The position numbers and the translations under genes were made by a program. A stretch of DNA of 64,000 bases from Octopus vulgaris (lineage: Eukaryota). The stretch spans positions 38,006,001-38,070,000 of the forward strand of contig OX597818.1 in the NCBI GenBank assembly GCA_951406725.2, in the 5' to 3' direction. How positions within the stretch are numbered: position 1 is the stretch's first letter; every line of letters begins with the position of its first letter. Shown here piece by piece: positions 36,912 through 49,440 of the stretch. The notes below the pieces were generated by a model. The model saw nothing but the letters and a program-made list of their open reading frames with translations. It made no database searches and had not been told where the DNA came from.

Positions 36912-36999
36912 ATGCAGCTGAGGATAGCTCTGCATTTAAACTGGTGTAATGGTTGCATTGTTCAATTAAATGGAGTCACTTGAAACGATCGTACTGCAT
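36912..36999 (+). ncRNA. Predicted minimal type I hammerhead ribozyme within a Penelope-like inverted repeat (36755-37035)
   Basis: Stem I ATGCAG/CTGCAT, core CTGAGGA, extended stem II (CATTTAA/TTAAATG), GAAA, palindromic stem III ACGATCGT, GUA cleavage triplet ending at 36993. Confidence 0.68.
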
Positions 37000-37379
37000 T
37001 ACCTCTGGATATCCTGTTGCTTATTTTGATTTTAATCACAGTATTTAGAAACTGTATGGATAATACCGTACTAAATTCTGTTATCTCAACCTAAGTACCT
37101 AATTCATCTGAATCTAAATTTTTGTGTGTGTGTATATATAATGTTGATTGACTGGTTGTTCAAATCCATTACCAAATGATAAGTTCTACTGACTCCAGAG
37201 TAAAAACTTAGATCATCTTACCCATGTGAATAATATACTTTTTCAGTATGGTCAAAGTAGTAAAAGGATATGATTCTTTACAATATTTTCTCAGTGTTCC
37301 AAGCTTAAATTGTGCTAAGGTCAAAAATAACCTAAAAAATTTCTTTTATTGCCACAAAGGCATCAGATGAAAGGAGACA

Positions 37380-37611
37380 ATAATAATAATAACCCTTTCT
37401 AATAAAGGCACAAGGCCTCAGATTTTGAGGGAGCAGGATAACTGATTACATCCACCCCCACTGATCAACTGGTACTTATTTTATCGACCCTGAAAGGATG
37501 AATGGCAAAGTCCATCTCAGTGGAATTTGAACTCAGAACGTAAAGACAGATAAGATGCTGCTGAGCATTTTGCCTGGTATGCTAACAATTCTGCCAGCTT
37601 GCTGTCTTTAT

Positions 37612-37658
<47 letters not shown>

Positions 37659-37890
37659 TAATCCTTTCTACAATAGGCACAAGGCCTGAAATTTGGTGGG
37701 AGGGGAATAGTTGATTACATCGAACCCAGTATTCAACTGGTACTTAGTTTATTGACTCCAAAAGGATGAAAGTCAAAGTCGACTTCGGCAGAATTTGAAC
37801 TCAGAACGTAATGACACACCACTAAATATTTTGCCCAGCATGCTAACAGTTTTGCCAACTCACTGCCTTAATAATAATAATAATAATAAT
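37380..37890 (-). mobile_element. Two tandem SINE copies embedded in (AAT)n
   Basis: Family of 30671-30900 on the minus strand, each bounded by aat repeats. Confidence 0.8.
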
Positions 37891-38760
37891 ATTGAGGAGG
37901 AGGAGGAGACCCCCTTCGGTCATGAATGACCATGGGATTGCACCTAGAAAGTTACCCTCCAAGGTACAAATCCAGGCAAGGTTGTTAATGGAATTCCAGG
38001 AGTCACCCAGGCATGCCAGCCTCCCCTCTTCACACCACTGATGTTATCCAAGGGAAAGGCAAAAGCTGATGCAGCTTGGCACCTGTGACATCGCAACTCA
38101 TTTCTACAGCTGGAGCAACGTGAAATACAGTGTCTTGCTCAAGAACACAACACGCAGCTCGGTCCGGGAAGCGAACTCACAACCTCACGATCGTAAGCTT
38201 GACGCTCTAACCACAGAGAGATGCGCCTTCACAAATAATAATAATAATAATAATCATAATAATAATCATAATAATAATAATAATCATAATAATAATAATA
38301 TAATAATCATAATAATAATGATAATAATAATAATAATAATGATCATAATAATACAATATTTAACACCCAAAGTACCAAGTCTTATCATTTGTGGAAAGAA
38401 ACCCTGTAAGACCTTTCACAACAGATTGCTGTCTGCTCTCACAGAATCAACCAAAGCAAGTAGGATCAAGAGCTCTGAGAAGTAAAAAGTAATAGTAATA
38501 ATCAAGTTGTTCCACTTTGAATGGATGATGAGAGTAGAGAGTTGTGATCACGACCAACGTGAATGAACCTGGGTAGTTTGAGTAATCCCAAATATGGTGT
38601 TCCTTGACTGTCTTTAGACAGCTGCCCATCTCCTCATTTGGGACCTTTTCTTTGTTACAATTCTATTGTTCTCATTATTTTCCTTTCTTACTTCATGGAA
38701 ATACCTACTGTTTTGTGGCTGTCCCCCAATATCTTGGGCATTTGTGCCCAATACAGAAAT

Positions 38761-38992
38761 TGTTGTTGTTGTTATTATTATTATTATTACTATTATTATT
38801 ATTATTACTATTATTACTATTATTATCATCATTATTATTACTATTATTATTATTATTATTATTATTACTATTATTATCATTATTACTATTATTATCATTA
38901 TTACTATTATTATCATTATTATTATCATTATTATTATCATTATTATTATTATTATTATTATTATCATTATTATTATCATTATTATTATTATA
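38761..38992. repeat. (ATT)n microsatellite with ACT/ATC variants
   Basis: Direct reading; source of the poly-L/I/Y/N ORFs. Confidence 0.98.
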
Positions 38993-39473
38993 GTGGAGAG
39001 CTGGCAGAATCATTAGCATGCCAGGCAAAATGCTTAGCGATATTTTACCTGTCTGTACAGTTCAAATTCCGCTGAGATCAACTTGGCCTTTCATCCTTTT
39101 GGGGTCGATAAATTAAGTACCAGTAACACACTGGTGTCAATGTAAATGACTAGTCCCATCCCAACAAAGTTCAGGCCTTGTGCCTTTAGTAGAAAGGATT
39201 CATCATCATCATCATCATCATCATTTAACATCCACTGTCCATGCTGGCATGGGTTGGATGGTTTGACCAGGGCTGGTAAGGCTGGAAGGCTGCACCAGAC
39301 TTCAGTTTGATTTCGCATGGTTTTCTACGGCTGGATGCCCTTCCCAATGCCAACTATTCTCAGAGTGTAATGGGTGCTTTTACCTTCCACCAGCATGGAT
39401 GCCATTTGCGTGACACCGGTATTTGCCATGACTGTGATTTTGCTCAGCTTGATGGGTCTTATTATTATTATTA

Positions 39474-39508
<35 letters not shown>

Positions 39509-39645
39509 ACTGATGAGGTTGACTTTGCCTTTCATCCTTTTGGAGTTGATAAAATAAGTATTATTTTAATAGTAGGGTTGATGTATTCAACTAGCCAGCC
39601 TCCCCACCCCAAATATTTCAGACCCTTGTGTCTGTAGTAGAAAGA

Positions 39646-39683
<38 letters not shown>

Positions 39684-40534
39684 CATTATTATTATTATTG
39701 TTGTTATTATTATTATTATTATAATTATGTAAGAATTTATTTCATTACTCTACGAGTTAGAAGATTTTATACGGGAGACTGTTCATTCAAGAGCATAATT
39801 ACAACTTGTAATCCGTATCCTCAAGCTATTTATGTAAATTTTTGTTTTGGATTTTATTTCATAACTATTACAACTACCATTATTATTATTAAATATTATA
39901 AGGTGGCGAGCTGGCAGAATTGTTAGCACACTGGGCGAAATACTTAGAGGCATTTCATCTGTCGCTATGTTTGGAGTTCAATTTCTGACGAGGTCGACTT
40001 TGCCTTTCATCCATTCAGGGTTAATGAAATAAGTACCAGTTACACACTGGAGTCAATTTAATCAACTAGGCCCATTCCCCCAAAATTTTCAAGGCCTTGT
40101 GCCTAGAGCAGAAATAATTATTATTAAATATTGTTTCTATGACATTTTAATTTTGCAAAGCTTCATTTCTTCAACCATTTTTGATGATAAAGAAAAAGAT
40201 TTAATTTGTGTAAACTGTTAAATATAAACACAACAAGGGAATTGCTAACTTTAATGATAAGGTTATGGAGAAGGCAATCTTTCGAGATATAATAGAGCAT
40301 TATGCAAATTAGGTTAATGGCATGATCACTGGTTAAGGAAATGTCAAATATTCTAAGTCAAGAAATAGATAAATGAATAAAAGCCTTCAGTGGCAATCAA
40401 ATGTTTCTATGTTGATGCATTGGGAGTAAGGGTCACTGAATATTGGTCAAGATAGTAAACACAGGGTAAAGATTCATGCAGTTAATAAGATGATATCCAC
40501 ATGTTCTGGTCAATGGGACTACTTTCAAAGACCA

Positions 40535-40603
<69 letters not shown>

Positions 40604-40749
40604 CACATACACACATACATACATATATATATATATATATACACATACATATACACACATATATATATACATACATATATATTGATAGAAATGGTAAGAC
40701 AACAAAAGAATGAAAGAGACCTCGGTATTATGTAAATAGAGGAATTTAC

Positions 40750-40927
40750 CTGTAAATATAATATGTGACAATTATTCAGTAGCCATGATAAAACTCCAAG
40801 TTTCAGATGTCGGGGCAAAAACCCACAGCACAATCTCTTCAGTGAGCCGACCATCGAAAAAATGCCCCAACATCCGAAACTCAGACTTTTATCATGGCTA
40901 CCAAATAATTGTCACATATATTTACAG
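40750..40927. repeat. Second copy of palindromic hammerhead-bearing family A
   Basis: Shares its left flank and arm with 17270-17430; minus strand reads CTGAAGA GAT..ATCT GAAA CTTGGAG TT TTATC. Confidence 0.75.
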
Positions 40928-40934
40928 ATACTTA

Positions 40935-41025
40935 CATATACATGCGTACATACATACATATACATATGTACATACATACATATATATGCATATATACATA
41001 TATATATACATATATATATATATAC

Positions 41026-41079
<54 letters not shown>

Positions 41080-41133
41080 ACATACATATATACATATATA
41101 TATACATATATACATATATACATATATATATAT

Positions 41134-41166
<33 letters not shown>

Positions 41167-41191
41167 TACATATATATATATACATATATAC

Positions 41192-41228
<37 letters not shown>

Positions 41229-41238
41229 CATATATACA
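40935..41238. repeat. (TA)n/(TACA)n compound microsatellite
   Basis: Direct reading. Confidence 0.98.
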
Positions 41239-41281
41239 TGGAAAAAATAGTACTCAAATACCAAAAGTAGAGTAATATACT

Positions 41282-41400
41282 TTTTATTAAAGCTGCAAAA
41301 TTATCACAGAACTGTTACTCAGAGTTTCACAACTGTCTGACAAACACGAACATGAAACTCTGAATAACAGTTCTGTGATAATTTTGCAGCTTTAATAAAA
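41282..41400. repeat. Palindromic element with decayed hammerhead motif (family B)
   Basis: ~48 bp near-perfect arms; plus strand 41332-41371 reads ACTGT CTGACAA ACACGAACAT GAAA CTCTGAA TA ACAGT. Confidence 0.75.
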
Positions 41401-43077
41401 AGTGTGTGTGTGTGAGAGACACAATGGCCTGTTTATTATTTGGTCAATATTTTTTTTAAAATCTTATTACAGCCTTTGTACTGTGTTCCTGAGAATTGTA
41501 TATAATTTTTTTTTTTGGCTCAGTCTATCTAACTGATACCAGGTTCCATTATCACATTGTTGTTAAGTGGTTAGCAATTGGAAAAGTATCCAATCATTAA
41601 AAGTGGGCACTTGTTCCAACCAAAAAGATAGACATTTTAAATTTTTGAAGAATTACTCAAGCCATGCTGTCATGGAAAAACAGATATTAAACAAGAATGA
41701 AAACCATATACAAAACATTTATAGTCAACCAAACATGTACATAAGCAATGACTCTTTTACAGAGAGAGAGAGATACATATACACAAATATACATTCATGC
41801 ATACAGCATACATATAAATGCACACACATATTAGCATATAACAGTACATAAGGTGAGTGAGAAAGTTAGCAGAATAGACTTGCCTTATTAAGCAGAGATG
41901 ATGTTTTGGTCAACAGTCAATTATTAACATGCATTGATGGCAGTCAGATTCTTGGTAGAATTTTAATATCCAATTCATGTATTCTGTATATCATGAACAT
42001 TACTTGTGGTCTCATGAATTAAATAAATTGTCCCTCATTATAAGAAAGGCATTTTTGAGGATGTGATGATGTCAATTCAGACCAATGATTTTGTTACTTT
42101 TGTTGCCCAAAAATCCCAGTGAGCTTGGCTCATGAAGCCACATTTCCAGCACTCTACCCGTGCTACTTTTCTGCCACACTCCATCATCCAATACCTGAGT
42201 GACTGATTATGTTGAGTGCAGTATGGTAGCCAGATCATGTCACTTCTGTTTTGCTTTCAGAGCAGTATTTCTAACAAAATGCATATTTTCAAATTGACTG
42301 ACAACATCACACCAACAACATGGTATTCCAATATAATTTCAACTGAATATTTTCAACAAAATCCTATCCACAGACCATATATAGTTTTAGTTATGAAATA
42401 CAGTCACAACTAGAATAATCATGGTATAGCATTAGACAGACACCACAAACTAAGAAATACACAATCCATACATAAAAGTTACAGAATAAATACTTAACAA
42501 AAATTTTACAATCTAAATTTCATTTTTTTTTTTTTGTAACCCAGAAAAAGTTTACACATTGTTTTAAAACACACTACTACTCACACTTCACTTATAACAA
42601 TGCTCAGTAGAGATTAATATAAAATACATGCCTTCTCACGGAATTTCAACCTACATCTTATATGCATGTTATTTTCATTATCATGGAAATAGTAGTTATA
42701 TATTAAACAGAATAGTTTGGACCTACCTTCGATGGAGTTCATCCCCCATATGTAAACTTTACCCAAAAAGCCTTGTCCTGAAACCCTTCCAACAGTGTAG
42801 GTACAAGGTAAATCCATTGAATAGGAAATGGTATGATTTGAAACAACGACTTTGTAGTTATAATCCATTTAGATATTTGTGACGCCCTAACTACATTTGT
42901 GAGACAACTTCCATTGTAATTGATCAAACAGCATGTGATAAAATGATGAAACATTCTAACACCGTATTTTCTCTCTTTGATTTTATGACATTACACCGGA
43001 TGGGGAAAGCTCATAAGTGATAACTATAAGTGTGTGTATGCATGTGCACATGCACATGTATGTGAGTGTGGTGTGTA

Positions 43078-43121
<44 letters not shown>

Positions 43122-44313
43122 CATATAAACATAATTCAAATATATGTCTTAAATACTTTCATTGTTGAAACCAATAAAAGATCTAAAATAAAGAGATAAT
43201 TAATAGATACTGATTTTAACTGATTAGTGCTGTTAAATTGACTTGAATTAAAATAATTCAAATATTAATCTCATGTTATAATAATAATAATAATAATAAT
43301 AATGGTTTCAAATTTTGGCACAAGGGCACAATTTGGGTGGAGGTTATGAGTCGATTACAATGACACCCCAGTGTTCAACTGGTACTTGTTTTATCGACCC
43401 CGAAAGGATGAAAGGCAAAGTCGACCTCAGTGGAATTTGAACTCAGAACATGCAGACAGACAAAATGCTGCTAAGCATTTCGCCCGGCGTGCTAACAATT
43501 CTGGCAGCTTGACGCCTTCATAATAATAATAATAATGATAATAATAATGATAATGATAATAATAAAAATAATAATAACAACAACAATAATAATAATGATG
43601 ATAACAATAATAATAGTAAAATAATTATGATGATGATAATAATAATGGCTAGTGATTTAGGCACAAAACCAGTAACTTTGAGGGGAGGGGTTGTGGTTGG
43701 AACAAGAACAGCTGATAATATTGACCCTAATTTTTGACTGGTATTTATTTTATCAACACTGAAAAGATGAAAAGTGAAATGGATACCAGCAAGATCTGAA
43801 CTTAGAGAGAAAAAGAACCAGGAAAAAAATACTGCAAAGCATATTGTCTAATGGTCCAAGGAAATATCAAAAAGTTTAAAGTAGCTAGCATATGGCACAA
43901 TATTTGCAAATTTCTATTTCTGGACTCAAAATCTCACAAACACAAATAAGTACAAAGAAATTTTTAAGAAATTTTTTCTAAATAAATTTCAAACTGAGAC
44001 AACAGAAAGATTAAGAAATACAGGAGTAGAACTGAAAGGTTGAGATATATATATATATATAAGAAGACAGAACATATAACACTAGATTTGAATATAGAAG
44101 TGATTGCATCATCAACAGCTGAAGTGAGTATCAGTGGCAAAAATAGGTTATTGTAAGTTATAATGTAAAAAAATATTTAAATGGACAAGTCAAATTTAAA
44201 ATACAAGGTCATTTATACTCTCAGTAGAGCAATGGGAAGATACAAATATATACGATTCTAAAGCATACGCCGGTTAGTAATAAGATAACCTATTTTCTTT
44301 GTTTTCAGGAGTA

Positions 44314-44827
44314 CCGTAAATCCTCGAGTATAGTCCACTCTTGAGTATAATACACAGGGGATTTTTAGGGGGCTGTACCTCTGTAAAACCTAAACCTTGT
44401 GTATAATACACACCACTTATCTAACTTGAATGAAGGAGGTCTATATAATGTCCCTGGTTTGTAAAAATGTATACGATAACGTCCTTTATTATTATTGTAT
44501 ATATAACATAATGCAAACGTGTAGCTTTTTTTGTGCATTTTGTTTGCAGAAAATAAAGAAATAACAGTAATAACGTTTAATAAATGTTGCTTACTTTAAG
44601 TTATGGATGATTCTTTTATGACTTCATTGCTTTCAGGCTTAGCTTAAGGTATTTTCGCGCCCTACATCACAAAATGCGCCTGAATAAACATTGCCGGACA
44701 GCAAATAGAAACTCGGACATTGCTTAGAAAATAATTTTCATTTTTAACCTCGTATATAGTATGCACTAGGGATTTTGACTGTTAAATTTTGGTGGGGGAA
44801 ATGCGGATTATACTCAAGGATTTATGG
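44314..44827. mobile_element. Tc2/pogo-type MITE
   Basis: TIRs ccgtaaatcctcgagtata / tatactcaaggatttatgg with TA on both sides; second copy at 49441-49962. Confidence 0.85.
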
Positions 44828-45279
44828 TACATAAGACTGTTAGGACTTGGCTTTTGTCTCATAACATAAAGGAGGTGGGAGGGACATTTTCTCCTTCATA
44901 CAATACCAAAAGATCTGGTAGCTATACCAAACAAACAGATAGATATACTGAGAGACATAGAAGTGTCAAACTTAGAAATGCAACAAAACACTTGTAGGAG
45001 ATACAAATACAAGTTACTGCTGTTGTTTAGCTCAAAGTTGGCTCTGATTGAGCAGAACAATTATGACCAAAGCATTCCTGCCATGACCATCATAATGTAC
45101 TCCAGCATCCCATGTGGTCATTTCTTTAAGATAGTAGAGTGTGATTTGAGTGAGATTTGGTTACTACTTCTTGTAAATCAAGCAATCATTTAGAGGGCCC
45201 CCTCAACACAGGACTGATGAGGTCACTCCATAATTTAACAGACTTAATGATTGTATACAACTGTTTATTCATTACTCTG

Positions 45280-45635
45280 AGCACCTTTTCAAACTCCACC
45301 TGTCTAACACCTGTGGACATGTTTACAAATCAGAAAACAGCACAGCTCCCATGACTTTCAGAAACATTTTTTCATGCTGAGAGTTGCTGAAGCATGGAAC
45401 AAACTGCCGGCATCGGTTGTTAGTTGTCGGAGCACTGCATCCTTCAAAACTTCCATGCTTCCTGAGATTCGCCAACATTACACCTGATTTTCTCCCCTCC
45501 ATATACACGCAAGCATGTATCTGACTCATACACTGTTCACTTTCCAGACATTTGTACATTACTGCATATGCTTTATACACACTTTTGACAAGTTGTGGTG
45601 CACCTGAGCACTGTATACAATAATTTCATTATTAT
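45280..45635 (+). mobile_element. CR1-type LINE 3' end
   Basis: Translates as SNTCGHVYK..KHFFMLRVAEAWNKLPASVVSCRSTASFK, the CR1 TRGH..FFxxRVxxxWNxLP terminus. Confidence 0.82.
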
Positions 45636-45986
45636 GAAATTATTATTACTTACAGATACTTAATTTGGCCACTGATAAACAGTTATATAGGAAAATGCAT
45701 AGATGCGACAAAGAAAAGTCATTGATAAAGATAAGGAAATATATCGTTAGAAAAATATATTAGGAGATAATCATATTAATAGATTAATGTTAAATAAACA
45801 TGCATGGTTCTTTTCAAATACTTTAGAAAATTGATGAAAAGGGTTAAAAGAAAGATTGGTCTGGACAATGGTAAACAGAGTAACTGTTAAAAGCAAAATC
45901 TATGGAGGTGACATTAAAACAGGTGCTGGAGGTTTCGACTCAACAAGATTTTCTTCGGGACTAGATAAGTGACCTGCATCACTTAC

Positions 45987-46091
45987 ATCATCTATTTCAC
46001 CTTCGTCATCAATAGCAACAACATATTTCTCCGTCACATATTGCAGTATGTTTTTTATCTGTTTTCTACGTGTGAAATACTTCAATGCTTC
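45987..46091 (-). CDS. Leprecan/CRTAP-like exon: EALKYFTRRKQIKNILQYVTEKYVVAIDDEGEIDD
   Basis: Acceptor ttttcattgcag| at 46092, donor |gtaagt at 45986; 105 nt, phase 0 to 0; the frame stays open past the donor to a TAG at 45900-45902. Confidence 0.88.
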
Positions 46092-46645
46092 CTGCAATGA
46101 AAAATAGACATGTAAGTACATAGAATTATTTCACGATTATATAGATATATATAAAAAAAGATTAATTTTGTTTAAATATAAAGGTGAAAGGTGCTGTCAA
46201 CTTAGTTGAGTCAATCATATTGCCAGTCAGTTCTATTACATTACTTTATGTATTTTCAGGTGGCAAGCTGGTAAAAACATTAGCACGCCGGGCAAAATGC
46301 TTAGTGGTATTTCGTCTGCCTTTATGTTCTGAGTTCAAATTTCGCCAAAGTCAACTTTGCCTGTTATCCTTTTGGGGTCAATAAATTAAGTACCAGTTGC
46401 ATACTGGGGTTGATCTAATCACACCCCCTTCCCCAAAATTTCAGGCCTTGTGCCTAGAGTAGAAAAGATTACTTTATGTATTTTGATGCAATGAAATACA
46501 AAATGGACTCTGGGGAGATTTCAACTCAAGACAGTGAGATATTGAATGAGATAGTTATGTAAAAGCATTTAGTTCAATACTCTACAGTCAATATATAAAT
46601 ATATTTCCTATAATTACATAATTAAGGAGTTCTTTTCATTGAAAC

Positions 46646-46895
46646 CAGTAGTTCTCAATTAGGGTCCATATGGCCTTTGGGAATCCATATGAAATTTAGT
46701 TGTTAAAAATTACGTGCAACAAATCTGCTTTACTTCAATAATACACAAAATATTCTATTTTTTAATACAATTCCTAATAATATCTAATTATAAAAATATA
46801 ATGGGATTTTTTAAAACTTCAAATGGCTGGGAGGGAAATCTAAGTAAAATAAGAATCAAGAGGGTTCACAGGCAAAAAAAAGTTGAAAACCACTG
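46646..46895. mobile_element. hAT (Charlie-like) MITE
   Basis: TIRs cagtagttctcaa / ttgaaaaccactg; 8 bp TSD attgaaac/atttaaac. Confidence 0.8.
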
Positions 46896-47510
46896 ATTTA
46901 AACCATATAACTATGGCACAAGAGATTTCACCATAGATTAAACATAATAATGTACACTAATTTATTCAAGTACATTTCAATATATTGATTATGTTGGGTT
47001 TAACTATTTGTTAATATTTGAATATATCTACAACTTTGATAACAAGAAATATTGGAGGAATATTTTAGCTGATTTAGACATAGTGTTTAGTGAAAGAGAA
47101 ATTAAACTTAAATTTGTATTACAAAAAAAAAAGGTGTCCAGGTGACAGACATGTCCTAAGAAAATTCAGTTAAGAAGAGGATATGGTTAGCTACAGTTGT
47201 TGCAACTTTGATACAAGTTTCAATTTATTTTTACAATTATTCACTAAACATTACTAAATATATACAGATTAATTTTGAGCAGCTATGACACCACTAACCC
47301 AGCCCCCAAAAATATAGCTGAATTTTTCCAGATTTAATTAATACTAACACAATAAAAGTTGGAAAAATGTTCAAAAGTTCAGCAATTGGCTAAGTCATCT
47401 GTTCTAAATACCAACAATTGACTTTTTGGTTAAAGACTAATTCTGGTACTGCTGAAGGAATTTTAATGAAAAAAAAAAAGATATATATCATCAAACAAAT
47501 TCATACATAC

Positions 47511-47644
47511 TGGTCGAGGTATGATATTTTCAGGTGTTATTCCAGACTTTATATAAATCCGTTTATTATCCAACATGGTGGGATCATCGGGTTTCAACAC
47601 TAGATAAGAAGCTGTAGCCTTTACAGCATTTGGAATATCATTCA
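47511..47644 (-). CDS. Leprecan/CRTAP-like exon: (L)NDIPNAVKATASYLVLKPDDPTMLDNKRIYIKSGITPENIIPRP
   Basis: Acceptor tttttgattgtag| at 47645, donor |gtatgt at 47510; 134 nt, phase 1 to 0; SYL...D..M..N...Y...PRP family motif. Confidence 0.92.
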
Positions 47645-48012
47645 CTACAATCAAAAACAAAGGCTATCAAATTACATACCATTAATACAAGCACCCTCTT
47701 AATCACAAAAACATCAAAGGGAACTCAGCAAGTGATAAGACAAACCAAAAAAGATGAAAGCTGGGAGAACACCATGAAAGCGTTTATGTACAATAGCAGT
47801 GCCTGTTAACAGTAGATGTTGCTGATGGTCCTGGAAATGAAAAGAATACTAAAGCTACTGATTATAGTTATATTAGTGAGAATGATGCTGGTGATGGGAG
47901 TTACAGTCGTTAGATATATTATAAGTCTGATATTTTTCCAAGCAACTGCTTTCTTTACCATCATTATCATCATTTTCAAGTCTTGTGCTTACATTAAAGA
48001 ATATATTAGCAA

Positions 48013-48423
48013 TCATCATCATCATCATCATCATCGTTTAACGTCTGCTTTCCATGCTAGCATGGGTTGGACGATTTGACTGAGGGCTGGCAAACCAGAT
48101 GGCTGCACCAGGCTTCAATCTTGATCTGGCAGAGTTTCTACAGCTGGATGCCCTTCCTAACGCCAACCACTCCGAGGGTGTAGTGGGTGCTTTTACGTGC
48201 CACCGGCACAGGGCCAGTAAGGCGGTACTGGCAACGACTTCGCTCGAATCTTTTACACATGCCACCGGCACAGGTGCCAGTAAGGCGATGCTGGTAACAA
48301 TCACGCTCGAATGGTGTCTTTTACATGCCACTGGCATGGAGGGCCAGATAGCCGCTCTGGCAATGATCACACTTGTATGGTGCTCTTTGCACCCTGCTAG
48401 CACGGACGCCAGTCATCGAATTT
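48013..48423 (-). mobile_element. (GAT)n-tailed RTE-related element with internal tandem repeats
   Basis: Same family as 455-987. Confidence 0.82.
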
Positions 48424-49440
48424 GATAATAAATCTTTACAGAGATTAAACTCAGTTTTAATAATAACCTTGGAATATTTGTAAAGGGAAAATACATACAT
48501 AAGTAAGTACATGTATGTACATGCAAAATAGAAATATATTTACTCTTACATACACATACAGAAGAGAACGCACAAACACATTTCCTACATGATAGTCAAG
48601 ACTCATACATGTACATCCACCAACATACATACAAATCATCATCATCATCATTTAACGTCCGTTGTCCATACTGGCATGGGTTGGACAGTGTAACCAGAGC
48701 TGGTAAGCTGGGGAGCTGCACCAGACTCCAGTCTGATCTGGCATGGTTTCTATGGTGGATGCCATTCCTAACACCAACCACTTTACAAGGTGTGCTGGGT
48801 TCTTTTATGTAGCACTGCACAGGTGCTTTTACGAGTGTTCATAAATATTCATAAATACACACATACAAATTTTCTACACAAACAAAAAGAGAAACAATCC
48901 CATAAGTATAATGTGTATAAGTTCATGCCTATACAGACACATACATTTGACATACACACACACACACATTTGTTTTTCTAACAACCATTATTTCCATTGT
49001 AGCATGGGTTTCGATGGGGACTCATTTGAGATAGGATTTTATACCTGGATCCTCTTGTCACCAATTTTTATTTGTTTCTCAAATAAGAGAGCTCTTTATT
49101 CTACAAGCCTTCAAAAGTGCAAAGCAACCAGTCAAAATGTCAGCAAGGAATGTCAACATCACCATCTTTTCACTCAAGCAGTGACAAGTGTGGAATATAA
49201 ACATTCATGTAAATTTGCACACATACAACAGACTTCCTGCATTTTCTATCAATCAAATTCCCTTACAAGGTATTGGTCAGCCCAGGCTACAGCAAAAGAC
49301 GTTTACCACTAAGAGCTGAACAGTAGGATCAAACCTGAAATCATATGGTTATGAAGCAAAGTTCTTAACCACAAGGCATGCATCCATCCATATATACATA
49401 CATCCATACACATCACACTGGGTGATTTGAATAGGATATA

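Noticed and set aside
38604-39075. Poly-Leu/Ile/Tyr/Asn ORFs
   Set aside because: (ATT)n microsatellite.
39750-39830. Minus-strand TTGAGGA TACGG..CCGTA TAAAA hammerhead-like trace
   Set aside because: Several core mismatches and no stem III or stem I.
40433-41275. Many YI/HT-repeat ORFs
   Set aside because: (TA)n/(TACA)n microsatellites.
42726-42777. Possible extra minus-strand exon (cag|GACAAGGC...GAAG|gtaggt)
   Set aside because: Weak polypyrimidine tract; phase 0 reading stops after 12 codons, the open reading is phase-incompatible with neighbours, and there is no family similarity. Only RNA-seq could rescue it.
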